Counted from the stretch's first letter, positions 34,211 through 47,407 are shown. The stretch is DNA of 64,000 nt from the human T2T-CHM13v2.0 reference genome, Homo sapiens (GCA_009914755.4 CP086569.2:19968001-20032000), one strand, 5' to 3'. Notes: generated by a model from the letters alone, not told the origin. Translations and numbers: made by a program.

Positions 34211-34789
34211 AAAAACATTTTTTAATTAAAAAACAAGGTTAAGAGCAGAGAGAATCCTTGCCCTCCCCATCCCCACACTGTCCACAACTCAATGCACAAA
34301 TAGATCCCAATCTTTCTGTATATTTATACAAGACTTTATCTTAAAAGATTTATCTGTGCACCACTTTGGGGAAATTTTTGAAAGAAATGTGTCATCAGAA
34401 TGTTGGGAATTTTAAAGATAGTTTAATCTCATTGACTTTACAACTTTTATTCGGTTTTCTAGAAGATAATACAAAATCCCTATGGACATAGAAGGGAAGG
34501 GTAATATGCAATTAGCAGAAAGTTTATAAATTAAGAACTGCACTTATTTATAAGATGATAACACTGGCCTCATTATTTAAAAAAGTACAGGTAAGTGGCA
34601 CACCAATTATATCCCAGGAAGAAGTGGCAGACATTCAATGGTGTGAAAAACTAATCCTATTTTTATATGGTCCAAAACACCTGAAAGTACCTCAAACATA
34701 TACAGCTTCCAGTGCTGGGTGACCATGGGAGAAAGCCATGAGTTTTCAAACCCGTGCCAGCATGTCCCTGAAGTTTTCACTTACTTTTT

Positions 34790-35065
34790 TTGAGGGGGTT
34801 GGAGGGAGGCAGTGTCTCCTTCTGTTACCCAGGCTGGAGTGCTGTGGCACAATTGTAACACATTGCAGCCTTGGACACCCAGTATCAAGTCATCATCCCA
34901 CCTCTTAGCCTCCCAAGTAGCTGGGACCAAAGAAGTGCACCACGGTATCTGTTCAATTTTTAAATTTTGTAGAGATGGGGTCTCACTATTTTGCCCAAAC
35001 TGGTCTGAAACTCCTGGGCTCAAGTGCCTCCTAGAGAACTGAGATTACAAGTGTGAGGCACTGGG
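34790..35065 (-). repeat. Alu
   Basis: 'gtctccttctgttacccaggctggagtgctgtggcacaat ... gagattacaagtgtgaggcactgggcc'. Confidence 0.8.
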
Positions 35066-35689
35066 CCCCAAATTTCACTTACTTATTTTGAAAACAAGTT
35101 GCAGCCCATTAGAGAAGTTCCAGAATCCACAGGTTTTGTATAGGATGGGGATGAAATTCTTACTTCCTACTCCATCAACACCATCAGCCAAAGGAAAGAG
35201 AACACATTGCTCTGGGCTGCAGTAGGTATTATGGACTGAAAGACATAATTTCAAAACTTATATGGGGAGACCCTGACTCTCATGTGGCTGTATTTGGAGA
35301 TAGAGCCTATCAACAAGTAATAAAGATGCAACGAGGTCATAATAGTTGGGCCTTCATCCTATAGGACTGGTGTCCTCATAACAAGATGAAGAAACACCAG
35401 TTATATCTCTTTCTCTCTTTCTTTCTCTCCCTCTCTCTTTCTCTCTTTTATTGTGGTAAAAACCCTTAATATGAAATTTATCTGCTTAAATATTTAAGTA
35501 TACAACACAGCTTTTTTAACTATAGGCATGATATGCACGATAAATCAGAGATTGTAAGTCCTACATAACTAAAACTTTATACCTACTAGACATCTTCATC
35601 CTCATTCTCCCTCCCACCAACCCTGGTCAACAGAGCTCATTATCTCTCTCTCTTCCCATCACCTATCCCCTTCCTTCTTTCTGCTGTGT

Positions 35690-35870
35690 GAGAATGCAGC
35701 AAGAATGTGGCCATCTGCAAACCAGGAATAGCGTCCTCCCCAGACCCCAGTCTTAATATCATCTTGATCTTGGCCTTCCAGCCTCCAAAACTGTGAGAAA
35801 ATTAATCTCCGTTGTTTAAATCTCACAGGCTGTGGAATATTATTACGACAGACCTACCGGAATAATATGG
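35690..35870 (+). repeat. MaLR (MLT1-type) LTR 3' fragment
   Basis: 'gtggccatctgcaaaccaggaa.agcg.cctc.ccagac..cagtct..atcttgatcttggccttccagcctccaaaactgtgagaaaattaatctccgttgtttaaatc'. Confidence 0.65.
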
Positions 35871-35929
35871 TGAGGATTCGTCCCCAAACAGGAATGCCTG
35901 AAGTTGAGACTCTCTGACTCAATAGAGCT

Positions 35930-36340
35930 GGATGTGTCCATTTTCACATTGCTATAAAGACATAACTGAAACTGAGTAATGTATAGAAAAAAGACATCTA
36001 ATTGGCTCACAATTCTGCTGTCTGTACAGAAGACATGGCTGGGGAGACCTCAGGGAACTTACAAACATGGCAGAACGTGAAGTGGGAAGCAGGCACAATC
36101 TTCACATGCCCAGAAGGAGACAGAGAGAGTGTGAAGGGAGAAGTGCTACATAGTTTTAAACAGCCATATCTCTTGAGAACTCACTTATTATTAGGAGGAC
36201 AGCAGAAAGAAAATCCGGCCCCAAGATTCAATCACCTCCTACCAGACAGATCCCTCTCCCAACACAGGGAATTACAATGTAACATGAGATTTGAGTGGGG
36301 ACACAGAGCCAAACCATATGAAGAGCTATATCGGGATCAA
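35930..36340 (-). repeat. THE1/MST-family MaLR LTR, reverse orientation
   Basis: 'ggctcacaattctgc..catggctggggagacctcagggaacttacaaacatggcagaa.gtgaag' and '..attcaatcacctcctacca...gggaattacaatgtaacatgagatttgagtggggacacagagccaaaccatat' are the reverse complement of the THE1 consensus 3' and 5' ends. Confidence 0.7.
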
Positions 36341-36699
36341 ACCTCTTTCTCATTTTCTCTGGATGACAAAAATGTTAGCTGCAGCTCACTGAATTCATAT
36401 GCTTTAACTGTAGAGATTGTCCCCAAATCTTATTTCAAAGACAGCACAGATAAGCTTTTTAAGACCAACCTGTTTCCAAAGGTAAGGGAAGATTGAACTA
36501 CATAATATTTGCAAAGCAGTTAACTTATTTATTATACACTATAAACAACGACTCGAAAAAAACATACAGGAACGTGTTGGAAATTATCTCAATGGCTCCT
36601 CTCCTCTTCCAGATGTTGTTTTAAAAAATGGCTATTTCCTGTTTCTTAGAAAATTAGAAATAAGTATATCATGTGACCAAGCAATTCCACTTGTAAGTA

Positions 36700-37520
36700 T
36701 TTCTCTAAATGAAATGAAATAAAATTATCAAAGAGACAACTGCACCCCCATGTTTACCACAGTATCATTCACTATAGCCTGGGCATGGAAACCACCTAAG
36801 TGTCAGTGCATGGATGAATAGGTAAAGAAAATGTCATGTATATATATAATGGAATACTATTCAGGTTTAAGAAAAAAAGGCAATCAATCATTGGCAACAA
36901 CACAGATGAACCCACAGGAAATTATACTAAGCACAATCAGCCAGGCACAGAAAGACAAATAATGCCGTGTCTCACTTATATGTGCAGTCTAAACTCAGCA
37001 AATTCATAGAAGCAGAGGATGAATGGTGGTTGCCAGGTGCTTTGAGGAGGACTGGGATGTCGTTCTGTAGGTATAAAGCTTCAGTTACACAAGATGAATA
37101 AGCTCTGATCTGCTGTATAAAACACTGTGCCTACAGTTAATAATACTGTCTTCTCAACTACTCAGCCATAAAAAGGAACAAAATAATAGCATTCGCAGCA
37201 AACTGGATGGAGTTGGAGACCATTATTCTAAGTGAAGTAACTCAGGAATGGAAAACCAAATATCATATGTTCTCACTGATAAGTGGAAGCTAAATTATGA
37301 GGATGCAAAAGCTATGAGGATGTAAAGGCATAAGAATGACATAATGGTCACTCAGAACTTGGGGGGAATGCGTGGGACAGGGATGAGGGACAAAAGACAA
37401 CATATTGGGTACAGTGTGCACTACCAGGGTGAGGGTAAACCAAAATCTCAGAAATCACCACTAAAGAATTTATCCATGTAACCAAACACCACCGGTTTCC
37501 CAAAAATTAACCAAATATTT
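36700..37520 (+). mobile_element. L1 3'-end fragment (older primate L1, L1PB/L1MA-like)
   Basis: 'ccacagtatcattcactatagcc...tcagtgcatggatgaataggtaaagaaaatgtcatgtatatata.aatggaatactattcag...ccataaaaaggaacaaaataat..cattcgcagcaaactggatggagttggagaccattattctaagtgaagtaactcaggaatggaaaaccaaatatcatatgttctcactgataagtggaagctaaat'. Confidence 0.8.
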
Positions 37521-38437
37521 ATTTTAAGTGTGAGATAATTCAAAAGTAATAATACTGTTTTTTCTACTTAAAAATTTGAGAGGATAAATTTCATGTTAAG
37601 TATTCTTATCACAATTTTTTAATGGATCTGTTTTCTGGTTCCATCCAAATCTTCTAATCTGCCACTATCTGACTCTCTGTCACCTAAGAATTTCCTTCAA
37701 TGGCCTCCAATAAGACGTCCCCCATCTTGCTTAGCTGTAGGACACCTGAGCCTTATTTCAGGTCACACAAGCTAATGCCAGCAAATCCACCACTCTGTCA
37801 AACCATAGGTACACAGCCTTTCTTAAACCCAATCCACCAGCTTCTCTTGTCATTCCAATCTAACTCCATGCCATACTCAAGTTTGAGGAGATTGATTCTT
37901 TAGTTCTCCAATTCACTTTAGAAAAATAAATAAATAAAACACTCACTTCAGGATATCGTCCTTTCTCTCCCAAGAGGTAAAATCTCAGAGCAGGTGCCCT
38001 GGGAACCTGCTGGGAAGGTTCTATCCTTGGACTAGTGTTGGAGCGCAAGTTCCCAGTGAAAACCTTTAGAATAAAATTGGACCGCAGATATCAGGTATGG
38101 GTATAGGAGTGCAGCCAGGTGAGGGGGCTAGAAAGAACAGACCAAGGTGGGAAGCAGAATTTGTAAATTCTCTCGGCTACAGGAGTCCTGAGTCAGACCG
38201 TTTGTATGGTATGCAGTTGTAAACATACAAGTCTCAGTCCAGAGTCCTCCTGACCTGACCGTTGGGTCATTTTACCAGAACTTGAAGGTACCTCCATAGA
38301 CAGCCATCAAAGATTGCATCAGGTAAACAATGACCCAGAACAATCTCCCCATGGTGAAGCAGTGACTTCCGGATCATGTCAGACAACTCTCAGCCAGCAA
38401 GACCTCCCTACTTTTCTTCCTCCTACTCTTCCTCCTT

Positions 38438-38474
<37 letters not shown>

Positions 38475-38639
38475 AATATATAAAACCTCATGCCCTGCAG
38501 AGAAGACTCTAACCTACAACAGCCTGTGAAACTCAGATGAGTCCAGGAGTACACTTTATATTGTTGATTTATATTTTTGCTACCTTAGAGCCTTGAATTC
38601 ATCAAGTAACCGAACATGAAATCTGTGTAGATAATGCAA

Positions 38640-38847
38640 AAGGGTTCTCAGTATGTGACTATCATTCCTTGCTTCTCTTCCTTTCTTCTTTAGCTCCTCC
38701 TTCTTCCCTCCTCCTCTTATTCCCCCTACCTCCATGTTTTCATTCTTTTTCTCCTTCTCTTCCTCCTCCTTCTGCTTGGGTTTTTTTCTTTTCTTTCTCC
38801 TCCTTCTCCTTCTCTTTCTAATTTTTTATTCCTTTTCTCCTCCTCTT
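38640..38847. repeat. CT-rich (polypyrimidine) low-complexity tract flanking the left (3') end of the ERV9-like provirus
   Basis: 'tcctttcttctttagctcctccttcttccctcctcctctt...ctccttctcttcctcctccttctg...'. Confidence 0.8.
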
Positions 38848-39330
38848 TGTGTCTGGAGTTCATTCCTTCTGGTGGGTTTGTGGTCTTGTTGACTTCAAGA
38901 ATGGAGTAGCAGAACTTCATGGTGAGTGTAACAGCTCTTAAAGATAACATAGAACCAAAGGGTGAGCAGCAGCAAGTTTTATTCTGAAGAGCAAAAGAAC
39001 AAAGTTTCCATAGCAAGGAAGGGGGCCTGAGTGGGTTGCCGCTGCTGAGTGGGGTAGCCAGCCTTTATTCCCTTATTTGTCCCCAACCATGTCCTGCTGA
39101 TTGGTCCATTTAACAGGCTGCTCATTGGTCTATTTTATAAACCTCTAGCTAGCTACAGAGCACTGATTGGTGCATTTTACAAATCTCTAGCTAGCTACAG
39201 AGCACTGATTGGTGGATTTTGCATTCCTAGCTACAGGGTGATAATTAGTGCATTTTGCAAACCTCTTGTAAGACAGAAAATTTCTCCAAGTCACCACCCA
39301 ACCCAGAAGTCCAGCTGACTTCACCTCTCA
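38848..39330 (-). promoter_or_regulatory. 3' LTR (LTR12-like) of the ERV9-like provirus
   Basis: The reverse complement reads U3 start 'tgagaggtgaagtcagctgg', CCAAT tandem units, 'aataaaa', '..cttgaagtcaacaagaccacaaacccaccagaaggaatgaactccagacaca'. Confidence 0.7.
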
Positions 39331-39736
39331 ATACCCCCTCTAAACAGGACACACCAAATGCTGTTGGGAATTGGGTGATGATGGCTCTATCTACTTCCTG
39401 TTGGATAGGGGTGAAGAAGGGGTCCTGGAGTTTTAGTGTCCTTCAGAGGGGAACTCTTTAGGCCAGTCAAAGGGCCAGTGGCTCTGTCCAGGGGTCCTCA
39501 ATAGAAGTTGTTAGTTGAGTTCATTTGAGGTTCCATTTGTAAGAGCATCTGTAGCTTGATGGCCTTCATCTTACAGGAAACAAATTTGACAAGGAGGTTA
39601 GAAATACAGGTCCCAAAGGCGAGTAATATTAAGATGGCTGTCAGGGGGTCTAGAAAGGGGAGAAGCCATATCACTCAACTCTAGACATTGTCTGATTTCG
39701 AAGACTTTTCCAGTAAATGCCGAGCAGTGTTTCATA

Positions 39737-40114
39737 CTATCCCTGACTACTTAGTGTAAAACAACAACAACAACAGCAACAAAAACAAAAACAAAAACAA
39801 AAACAAAAAAACTCTTCTCCTAAGCAGGTGTAAAGTCCTCCTTTCTCATCTTTCTCATCAGTGGAGATGTCTAGAACCCAGCGGTTTGGGAGAGTCACTG
39901 CTAGCAAAGATTCTGTTTGGGAATGTAGAGTAAGGATAGATTTTGTTATTTCTTGCAAACTGTCTGGGAAATCCTTTGAGAGAGTGTGGTAGTAGCATAA
40001 TGAAGTAGACAAACTGGCTGTTCTGGTTCCTGTAGTCATAGCCATTCCTAACCCTATAAGTAAGGGTACTAGTTGTATGGCTCTGCCCTGACAGACTTTA
40101 GCTTTGAGGGACAC
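39737..40114 (-). pseudogene. env transmembrane-subunit remnant with a fusion-peptide-like segment and an immunosuppressive-domain-like motif
   Basis: ORF 'MSLKAKVCQGRAIQLVPLLIGLGMAMTTGTRTASLSTSLCYYHTLSKDFPDSLQEITKSILTLHSQTESLLAVTLPNRWVLDISTDEKDEKGGLYTCLGEEFFCFC...'. Gammaretroviral TM pattern '..LQNRRGLDLLTAEKGGLC.FLGEECC'. The ORF ends in a (GCA/AAC)n-derived run. Confidence 0.65.
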
Positions 40115-42359
40115 TGATAGGGTCTGATTTTCTGGGGCAATGTTAATGTCGGGACTTAGGAAGACTAAGGTGCAGGTGCCTGTCCAGTTGGTGGGGAGGC
40201 AGATAAATGTTGAAGTTCCACATAAGAAGAATGTGTTCTATTTCCCCATTGGAAAAACAAACAAACAAACAAACAAACAAACATTTTGTATCTACTAGGA
40301 ACAATTTGAGAGAGTGATTGAAAGAGGGGAGAAGAAGGCATCCATTAGTGGTGAGGATGGTGCTGCAGGGAGTCCAGAGGTGAATGGTCATGCAGGGAGT
40401 ATGGTTGCCATTACAAAACCTAAACTGTTTGCTAAGCAGGGAAGAGGTGATAATTTTTGGAGGCTGTGTTGACAAGCCGTCTGAATGGAGCTGTTTGTGT
40501 GACTCGGAAGTTACTATGATCAGTTGGGGCTTGAAGTTGTGGGGTGTAATTACACTGATGGGGAGGTAGGTACCCCAGGGGCAGGCCTGATAACAGGTTG
40601 TGTTGGATGCGTAAAGGGTCTTGGGAAGTTAAGATGGTTTTCGCAGTTACAGTGCCATGTATTGGCTTTTCATTGCTTATGTATTGGGTGAGATTGGAAA
40701 TGTAAGAACATAAAAGTTGGATTGTGCGTCATATTAGGGTATTCTTGGTCCTATCAGAGATGGTGAAGTTGGGTAATGGTTACATATTTAGAAGTGAGAA
40801 ACGATCTCTTCCTTCATAATGAGGTTGGTAGATTAAGTTAGTAGAGACCTAATTTTTTTGCGGGAATGAGAGTTGCAACGCAAGCAGTGGTAGGTAGAGA
40901 GATACATAGCCAACAGTGGTTTGCCAGAGAAGGATTGGACTGGTTTAACAGAGTTTGGGTTAAGTTGAGAGTCTTGTAGAGTTAATTAGAAGCTAGTGGA
41001 AGGGGAGGGGTGACTGTGTGGGGTATCCCAGGAAGCAGGAATGATAGATAGGCATAGAGTAATTAGGAAGGTTAAGAGGGTGCTTTGAAGATGAGATCAT
41101 TTTATCCAGTCTGAGTTAAAAGTAGGAGTAAATTGCTGTCAGAAGGAAGGATGATAGAAAGGAGGTTGATGTGGTTAGGATATTTATCCCTGCAGGAGCT
41201 ACAGTATATAGCCCTATTGCAAAGAGTATGGTTAGTATGCTGCTTAATGTGATGAAACAGTAAAAGAATTCCATTAAAAGGGCAAGGAGAGGTGTTAAAA
41301 ATTATGTAGATTTTCACTTACCTTTTTAAGTAGGAAGGGATTTTTCCTCAGGATCAGCTGTAAGAGTCTTCTTAGTCTGGGATGTTTCCTTCCAGAAAAG
41401 AAGATGTAAGTCCTCCAATGGCTCACAGGTGTATCTAGCCTACTCTTGCTGATCCTTGGATTCCTGAGCTGTTTGTCCAGCAGGTTCCTTAGCAGGTGTC
41501 CAAAGTTTAAGTGGGGTGTGGTGAATCCAAGACTTCACTCCTGCCACCTTAACTGCAGTGGGGGTAGAGAGGATTACTGAGTATTGTTCTCTCCACAAAA
41601 AATCATAGATGGGGAGTTAGAGGGGAGGAATTTGACAAACACTAGATTTCCCAGTTAAAACAGCTCTGTTCCCTTTTCTCTGTAACATCCTTCATGTATG
41701 TTTTTAAGGTTTCATTGATATTTTGCCAAATAAGTTATATCCTTCATCAAGTTGGCCATTTCCTGATAAAGTAGGAGGTCATTTGTGAGAAAAGGTTATC
41801 CATACAGCATTTCATAGGAACTGAGCCCCATTTTGTGAGGAGAATTTCAGATTCTCAACAAGGCCATGGGCAAGAGAGTAGGCCATGGGAGATGAGTTTC
41901 TTGTGTTAGTTTCCTTAAGTGCCTCTTGAGTGTTTCATTTACCTTCTCCACCTTCCCTGAGGATTGTGGTCTCCAGGTGCAGTGAAGGTGATGCAGATAT
42001 CACCAGCGCCCTGGAAATTCCCTGAGTTATCATGGCTTTAAAAGCCAGACAACTGACACTTTGAAAGCTTTAGGGAATCCCAAATCTAGGAATTATTTCA
42101 TGAATTAAAAGTTTAACCACTTCCATACCAACAAGTATTTAAATTCCTTTGATTTAGGCATATAGGTGAAGCCTAACAGCCAGTCCTCTCTGGGATAGTG
42201 AGCTATTCTTTGTTCTCCCAGGAGGGCCTTAGAATGGACCAAGGGATTATTCCTTTGGCACTTCTCACAGACTTTGACTACTTGTTGTTTGGTCTGGAGG
42301 AAATTTGCCCTGTAAATAGGGATTTGTTCATTTGATGAATGTTCTCAATACCCATATGA

Positions 42360-43933
42360 AAAGTTTTGTGTAGGGTTTTAAGTATTTTCCACTGGTTGGT
42401 TTTGGGTATGAGTACCCTTCCCTCTTCTGTTGCTAACCACCCTGAGGGGAGAAAACTGTGCCCCCATGAAAGTCCTCATTCTGTTTCTGTCAGGGAATAC
42501 TGGGGATTAATCTCAAGGAGAGGTTTTTCCCATAACAAGGGTCCTTCTATAGGTATTTCTAGTGGGAGATTCTGCCTGGCAGAAAATTTGGCCTCAGCAG
42601 CTGCCCAAAGATTTTCTTCTACCTTTTCTCCTTCACCTTTTTGATGGTTTGGGCAGAGTAAGACTGCAACCTCCTTGGGTTTTTGAACTTGGTGCAATAA
42701 CTCCATGATTTCTTTGTGGTATTTAATTGGGTTTCCCCTAGAGGTTAGGAACTCCCTTTCTTTCCATATTGCAGTGTGGGCATGTAGGATTAGATAAGCA
42801 TACTTGCAATATGTATACACATTTATTCTTTTTCCCTTTTCCAATTTGAAGTCTCTAGTAAGTGTTACTACTTCTGCTAACTGAGCTGTGGTTCCTGGGG
42901 TAATAGACTTACCTTCAAGTAGTGTTACATCATTAACTATGGCATAACCTGCCCTTCATATCCCATTCTCCATAAATGAACTTCCATCAGTATATAGGTT
43001 AAGGTCAAGATTAGCTAAGGGGAATCCTAAGGTATCCTCTTAGACAGCATAAATCTGGACTATAATTTGTTTGCAGTCATGCTCAATTGGTTCTCCATCT
43101 TCTGGGAGAAAAATCGCAGGATTGAGTGTCACAATCATGTGTATTTGAAGCAACAGTCCCTTGAAGAATGATGCCTGGTATCTATGCAGGCAGTAGTCTG
43201 ATAGCCATAAACTTCCTTTGGCACCTAGTATGCAATTTACATCATGAGTAATCCAAACGGTAAGATCCTTTTCTTCTATTATTTTGACAGCCTCTGATAC
43301 TAAGATGGCCATTGCTGGACCCTCCCATAAACAGAGTTGGCAAAAGCTGGTGATTTCAAGGAACCCCCACAACTGGTTTAATGTCTTATGGAGAGGATAA
43401 GCCAGTATAGGCTGTATTCATTCCTTTCAGGGGCCCTAGTTTCTCCGGGTAAGATTAGGCCTAGATATTTGACTTGTTGTAGGCAGAGCTTGTCCTTCAA
43501 TTTAGACACCTTGTAGCTTTGATTAGATAGAAAGTTCAAGATATCTACAGTAGCCTGCTGGCATGAGGCTTCCAAACTGGGAGCCAAAAGTAAGTCTTCC
43601 ACATAATGAAGGACTAGAGTGCCTGGATTTCAGAAGTGGCCTATATCATGGGCCAGTGTCTGACCAAACAGATGAGAGCTATCTCTAAACCCTTGGGGCA
43701 AGACCATCCACGTAATTTGGGACGTGTTTTGTGGCATCCTCAAAGAAAAAGAGAAACTGGGGGTGAGAGTGTGGGGGAATACAGAAGAAGGCATCCTTGA
43801 TGTCCAGAACAGTGAACCATTCTTCTTCCTCTTGTATTTGAGAGAGAAGTGTATAGGGTTGGGTGCAGCTAGATATAGAGCTAGCAAGATATAGAGGAAT
43901 TACTGTCTCATTGATGAGTCTAAGATCTTGCAC
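42360..43933 (-). pseudogene. pol remnant (RT, RNase H, integrase start) of the ERV9-like provirus
   Basis: Minus ORFs 43685-43933 '...FTVLDIKDAFFCIPPHSHPQFLFFFED', 43630-43887 '...WMVLPQGFRDSSHLFGQTLAHD', 43378-43602 'MEDLLLA...YKVSKLKDKLCLQQVKYLGLIL', 43040-43372 and 42476-42844 '...LLCPNHQKGE...' parallel the HERV-W pol ORFs at 22747-24034. Confidence 0.75.
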
Positions 43934-43989
43934 TACTCCCCACTGATGTTTGGTTTTTGTATTCCTAGAATTGGGGTGTTGCAGGTACT

Positions 43990-46000
43990 GCTGCTTTTTC
44001 TTACTAAGATTTGAGTTTTTAAATGTCTAACAATATCCCGTAATCCTTTATGAGCTTCAGGCCTTAAGGGATTTTGCTTTTGATTAGGAAAAGTGGCACT
44101 GTCTCTTAGCCTGATTTTGCCTGGGTGGGTATTTTTTGCCCTTCCAAATTGTTCTTCCTATGCCCAGACTTCAGGTTTGGTTCCCTCCTCAAGTAGGGGA
44201 CAAAAAATTAGTAACTTGTTCCCCATATTCACACAGATAATAGCTCCAGCTTTGACTAAAATGTCCCTCCCTAATAAGGTTGTGTGGCTTTCTGGGATAA
44301 CAAGAAAGGCATATGAAAGGACGAATGTCTCTCAGTTACAACTGAAGAGGTGGGAGAAATACCTGGTTACAGGCTGTTCCAGGATTCCTCAGATGATAGT
44401 GGAATTTGAGGACATGTTTCTGGGTCAGAAGATTATCACTGAGAAGGCAGCACCAGTGTCCAAGAGGAAGTCAATTTCCTGGTCTTCAATAGTTAAATAT
44501 ACCTGGGGCTCAGTGAGGGTGATGGCAGGAGATGGCATTCACCCCAGGCACCTTCAGTCCTATTGTTGGATCATCTTGTTGGGGGTTTCTGGCCCAGAGA
44601 ACCTTTGCCATCTGGGGCAGTGCACCTTCCAGTGATTGCCTCAGCATAGTGGACATGGGCTAGGGGGCGGCTTGTTTCTTGATGGACAATCTTTTTAAAA
44701 GTCTCCTTGCAAACCACACTGATAACAAGAGCCACCAGGTGATTGGCCCGCTCCATTTTCTACCCTGTCTGAACTACCAAGGCTTGTTTGTCTGAGGGCC
44801 ATGACTAAGACTGAGGCCTATCTCTGATTTCATGTTTCTTTTTGGCCTGTTCCTCTTGGTCCCTATTATAGAACACTGAGCTTGCCAGGTTTAATAATGC
44901 CTCCAGATTTGTTCAGGCCCCAGGGCTGGTTTTTGGAGCTTTCTCCTGATGTCTGTTACTGATTGGGTAATAAACTTATCTTTTAGGATCATTTGACCCT
45001 GAAGTGAGTTGGGTGACAGAGTAGTATACTTTCTTAAGGCCTCCTGTATTTGCTTGAGGAAGGTGGAAGGATTTTCTTCCTCTGTTTGAGTTATGGTGGA
45101 TATCATTGAATAACTCATGGGCTTTTCCCTAATACTCTTTAGTCTTATATTTTCTTTTGTTCTATAAGAATTAGCCCTAATTCTCTTGAGTTCTATAAGA
45201 AAACAGGTTAAGAAATGTTTGTGACTCCAGTCCCCATGATCTGAGCTGAGTTCACAGTGGGATCCATACTGGGGACAGCTTGCTGACAGGTAGGGAATTT
45301 TTGCCTTCCTTCAGCTGTCATTTCATCATTTACTTGATTAAAATACCAGGTATCTCCAAACTCGGGCTACAGCTAAAGCCACATTTGTTTCATTAAATGA
45401 TAGGGTTTGATCTCACAATAGCCTGACATCTCTACAAGTTAGGTAGAACTTTAGACCCTGTAGAAAATCAATATACCTATCAGGATTATCTAAACACTTC
45501 CCCAGGTCTACCTTGATCTGCTTTAAATCAGAGAGGAAGAAGGGGATATATACCCTGATTGGGCCAAATTCCCCTCCCTCTACAGCTTGAAGGGGACATA
45601 ACTGATAATCCAGGGGTTTTTGTGTTCCGTTGGAGATTCCTTTGCTTGTTTTCTTCTGGGTGGGGGAGATTAGAGGAGTCTTATCATTAATAGGAAGTGG
45701 AGCTATAGAAAGTCTAGGACATGGAGGTAAGCTGAGAGGTCCTCCTGTAAGTTGTAAATTGCAAGCTTTGCATAATTGTAGATTATCCTTCAATGAAAAG
45801 AAAACTTGGACATAAAGTATTTAACTCCCTTTGCCTTCCCTCTTACAGAAAAGGTCAAGCTGCAGAAAATTTTGTAATTTATGCTTTTCTCGTATGGCCA
45901 TATTCTCCATCAGAGAGAGATTATTGGGGCCATCACATAGTGCAGAAAAAAAAAGAGCTGCTTCTTTTTCAGGGTTTGGGGGCCAGATTCTTCCCATAGG
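43990..46000 (-). pseudogene. pro and gag remnants of the ERV9-like provirus
   Basis: Minus ORFs 44891-45118 'MSYSMISTITQTEEENPSTFLKQIQEALRKYTTLSPNSLQGQMILKDKFITQSVTDIRRKLQK' and 45413-45793 '...PLQAVEGGEFGPIRVYIPFFLSDLKQIKVDLGK...' are gag capsid-like and paralogous to the HERV-W gag at 21396-21806. Confidence 0.65.
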
Positions 46001-46089
46001 CTTAGGATACATTTCAAGGGTGAGCCTGTTGATGCCTGGGTGTTTTCCATCTGATAGAAAAAACTGCCAGTGGTTTGGGTTTGTTGTTC

Positions 46090-46420
46090 TACACCCCCCC
46101 ACACACACACACCCAAGAACCCACAATTGTCTCTGGACCCTACTGATCAGAATAGTTGCACTCACCGATGCAGCAGCAGATCCCCCTCTTGCCCAAGAAC
46201 CCGCAATGGTTCCTGCATCCTGCCGATCGGTATAGTTGTGCTCACCGTAACAGCAGCAGAAACACTAGTTTTCCTCCTAGAACACAAAGAGGACCGAGCA
46301 AGGTCAGATTTAGTGGCTCTTACTGACACATATTCAAAAACCTGCACTTTTGCTTTTTCTCTTAGAACACAAAGAGGACCAAGAAAAATCAGGTTTAGTG
46401 GCCCTTACTGAAGCATTCTT
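46090..46420. repeat. Two pairs of ~80-bp tandem duplications inside the ERV9-like leader
   Basis: 'cccaagaacccacaattgtctctggaccctactgatcagaatagttgcactcaccgatgcagcagcagatccccctcttg' and 'cccaagaacccgcaatggttcctgcatcctgccgatcggtatagttgtgctcaccgtaacagcagcagaaacac', then 'tagaacacaaagaggaccgagcaaggtcagatttagtggctcttactgac...' twice. Confidence 0.7.
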
Positions 46421-47265
46421 AAAAACCTGTTAGAGTTCTAAGCATTTTCTTCTGTCAGTATTGGGACCTTATCCCGTCCTATAAAGATGTTATGCCTCAA
46501 AAACGGAGTGGATGGCCATACCCTGAAGGAGGGAAGAGATCTCTAGGGTTGGAAGAATGATATCTTTTGTCCTAACTTCTCATCATATGAATAGGAAGGA
46601 AAAAAATTCTGAGGCTACCCATATCCTAGCTTCAGGAATAGACTTTTCAGGCCAGCTAGTCTGAAGAGGGATCCTAAAATTCCAGATAATCCCCCAAACC
46701 CCAGTGGGGCTTTGGGCAAAAATTATGTATTTCTGTTTGTTGAGACTGGGTACCTAAAGAAAGAAACAGAGTCCCGAAATTTGTACTAGAAATTTTTCTT
46801 ACAATAGAAGTTGGAAAATCACCAGAGAGAGAGAGAAATTATTTTAATTAATTAATTAATTAATTAATTTACTTACTTTTATTTTTTATTATACTTTAAG
46901 TTCTAGAGTACATGTTCATAACGTGAAAGTTTGTTACGTATGTATACATGTGCCATGTTGATGTGCTGCACCCATTAACTTGTCATTTACATTAAGTATA
47001 TCTGCTAATGTTATCCCTCTCCCTTCCTCCACCCCACAGCAGGCCCCAGTGTGTGATGTTCCCCTTCCTGTGTCCATGTGTTCTCATTGTTCAATTCCAA
47101 CCTATGAGTGAGAACATGCGGTGTTTGGTTTTTTGTCCTTGTGATAGTTTGCTGAGAATGATGGTTCCTGGCTTCATCCATGTCCCTACAAAGGACATGA
47201 ACTCATCATTTTTTATGACTGCATAGTATTCCATGGTTTATGGTATTTATGTGCCACATTTTCTT

Positions 47266-47407
47266 TTTCTTTTTCTTTTTTAAATAAATAGTTCCTTATT
47301 ACCTAGGTAGATTTCTGTAATCTGAGGTAGATTTCATTAATTTCATGTTATTGTGGGAAGGATCCTTGAATGATGACCTTTTATTATTTATCTTTTTATG
47401 CCTCTGA
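47266..47407 (-). other. Candidate L1 3' transduction: ~125 bp of unique sequence between the L1 (AATTT)n tail and a second poly(A) run
   Basis: On the + strand: T-run 'tttctttttctttttctttttt' (47266-47281), unique 'aaataaatagttccttattacctaggtagatttctgtaatctgaggtagatttcattaatttcatg...gcctctgaagg', then 'atttaatttaatttaatt' and the L1 3' end. Confidence 0.5.

Noticed and set aside
36002-36496. 164-aa plus-strand ORF
   Set aside because: It lies entirely within a reverse-oriented THE1/MST-type MaLR LTR (35930-36340) and its flank. This is a repeat-derived ORF.
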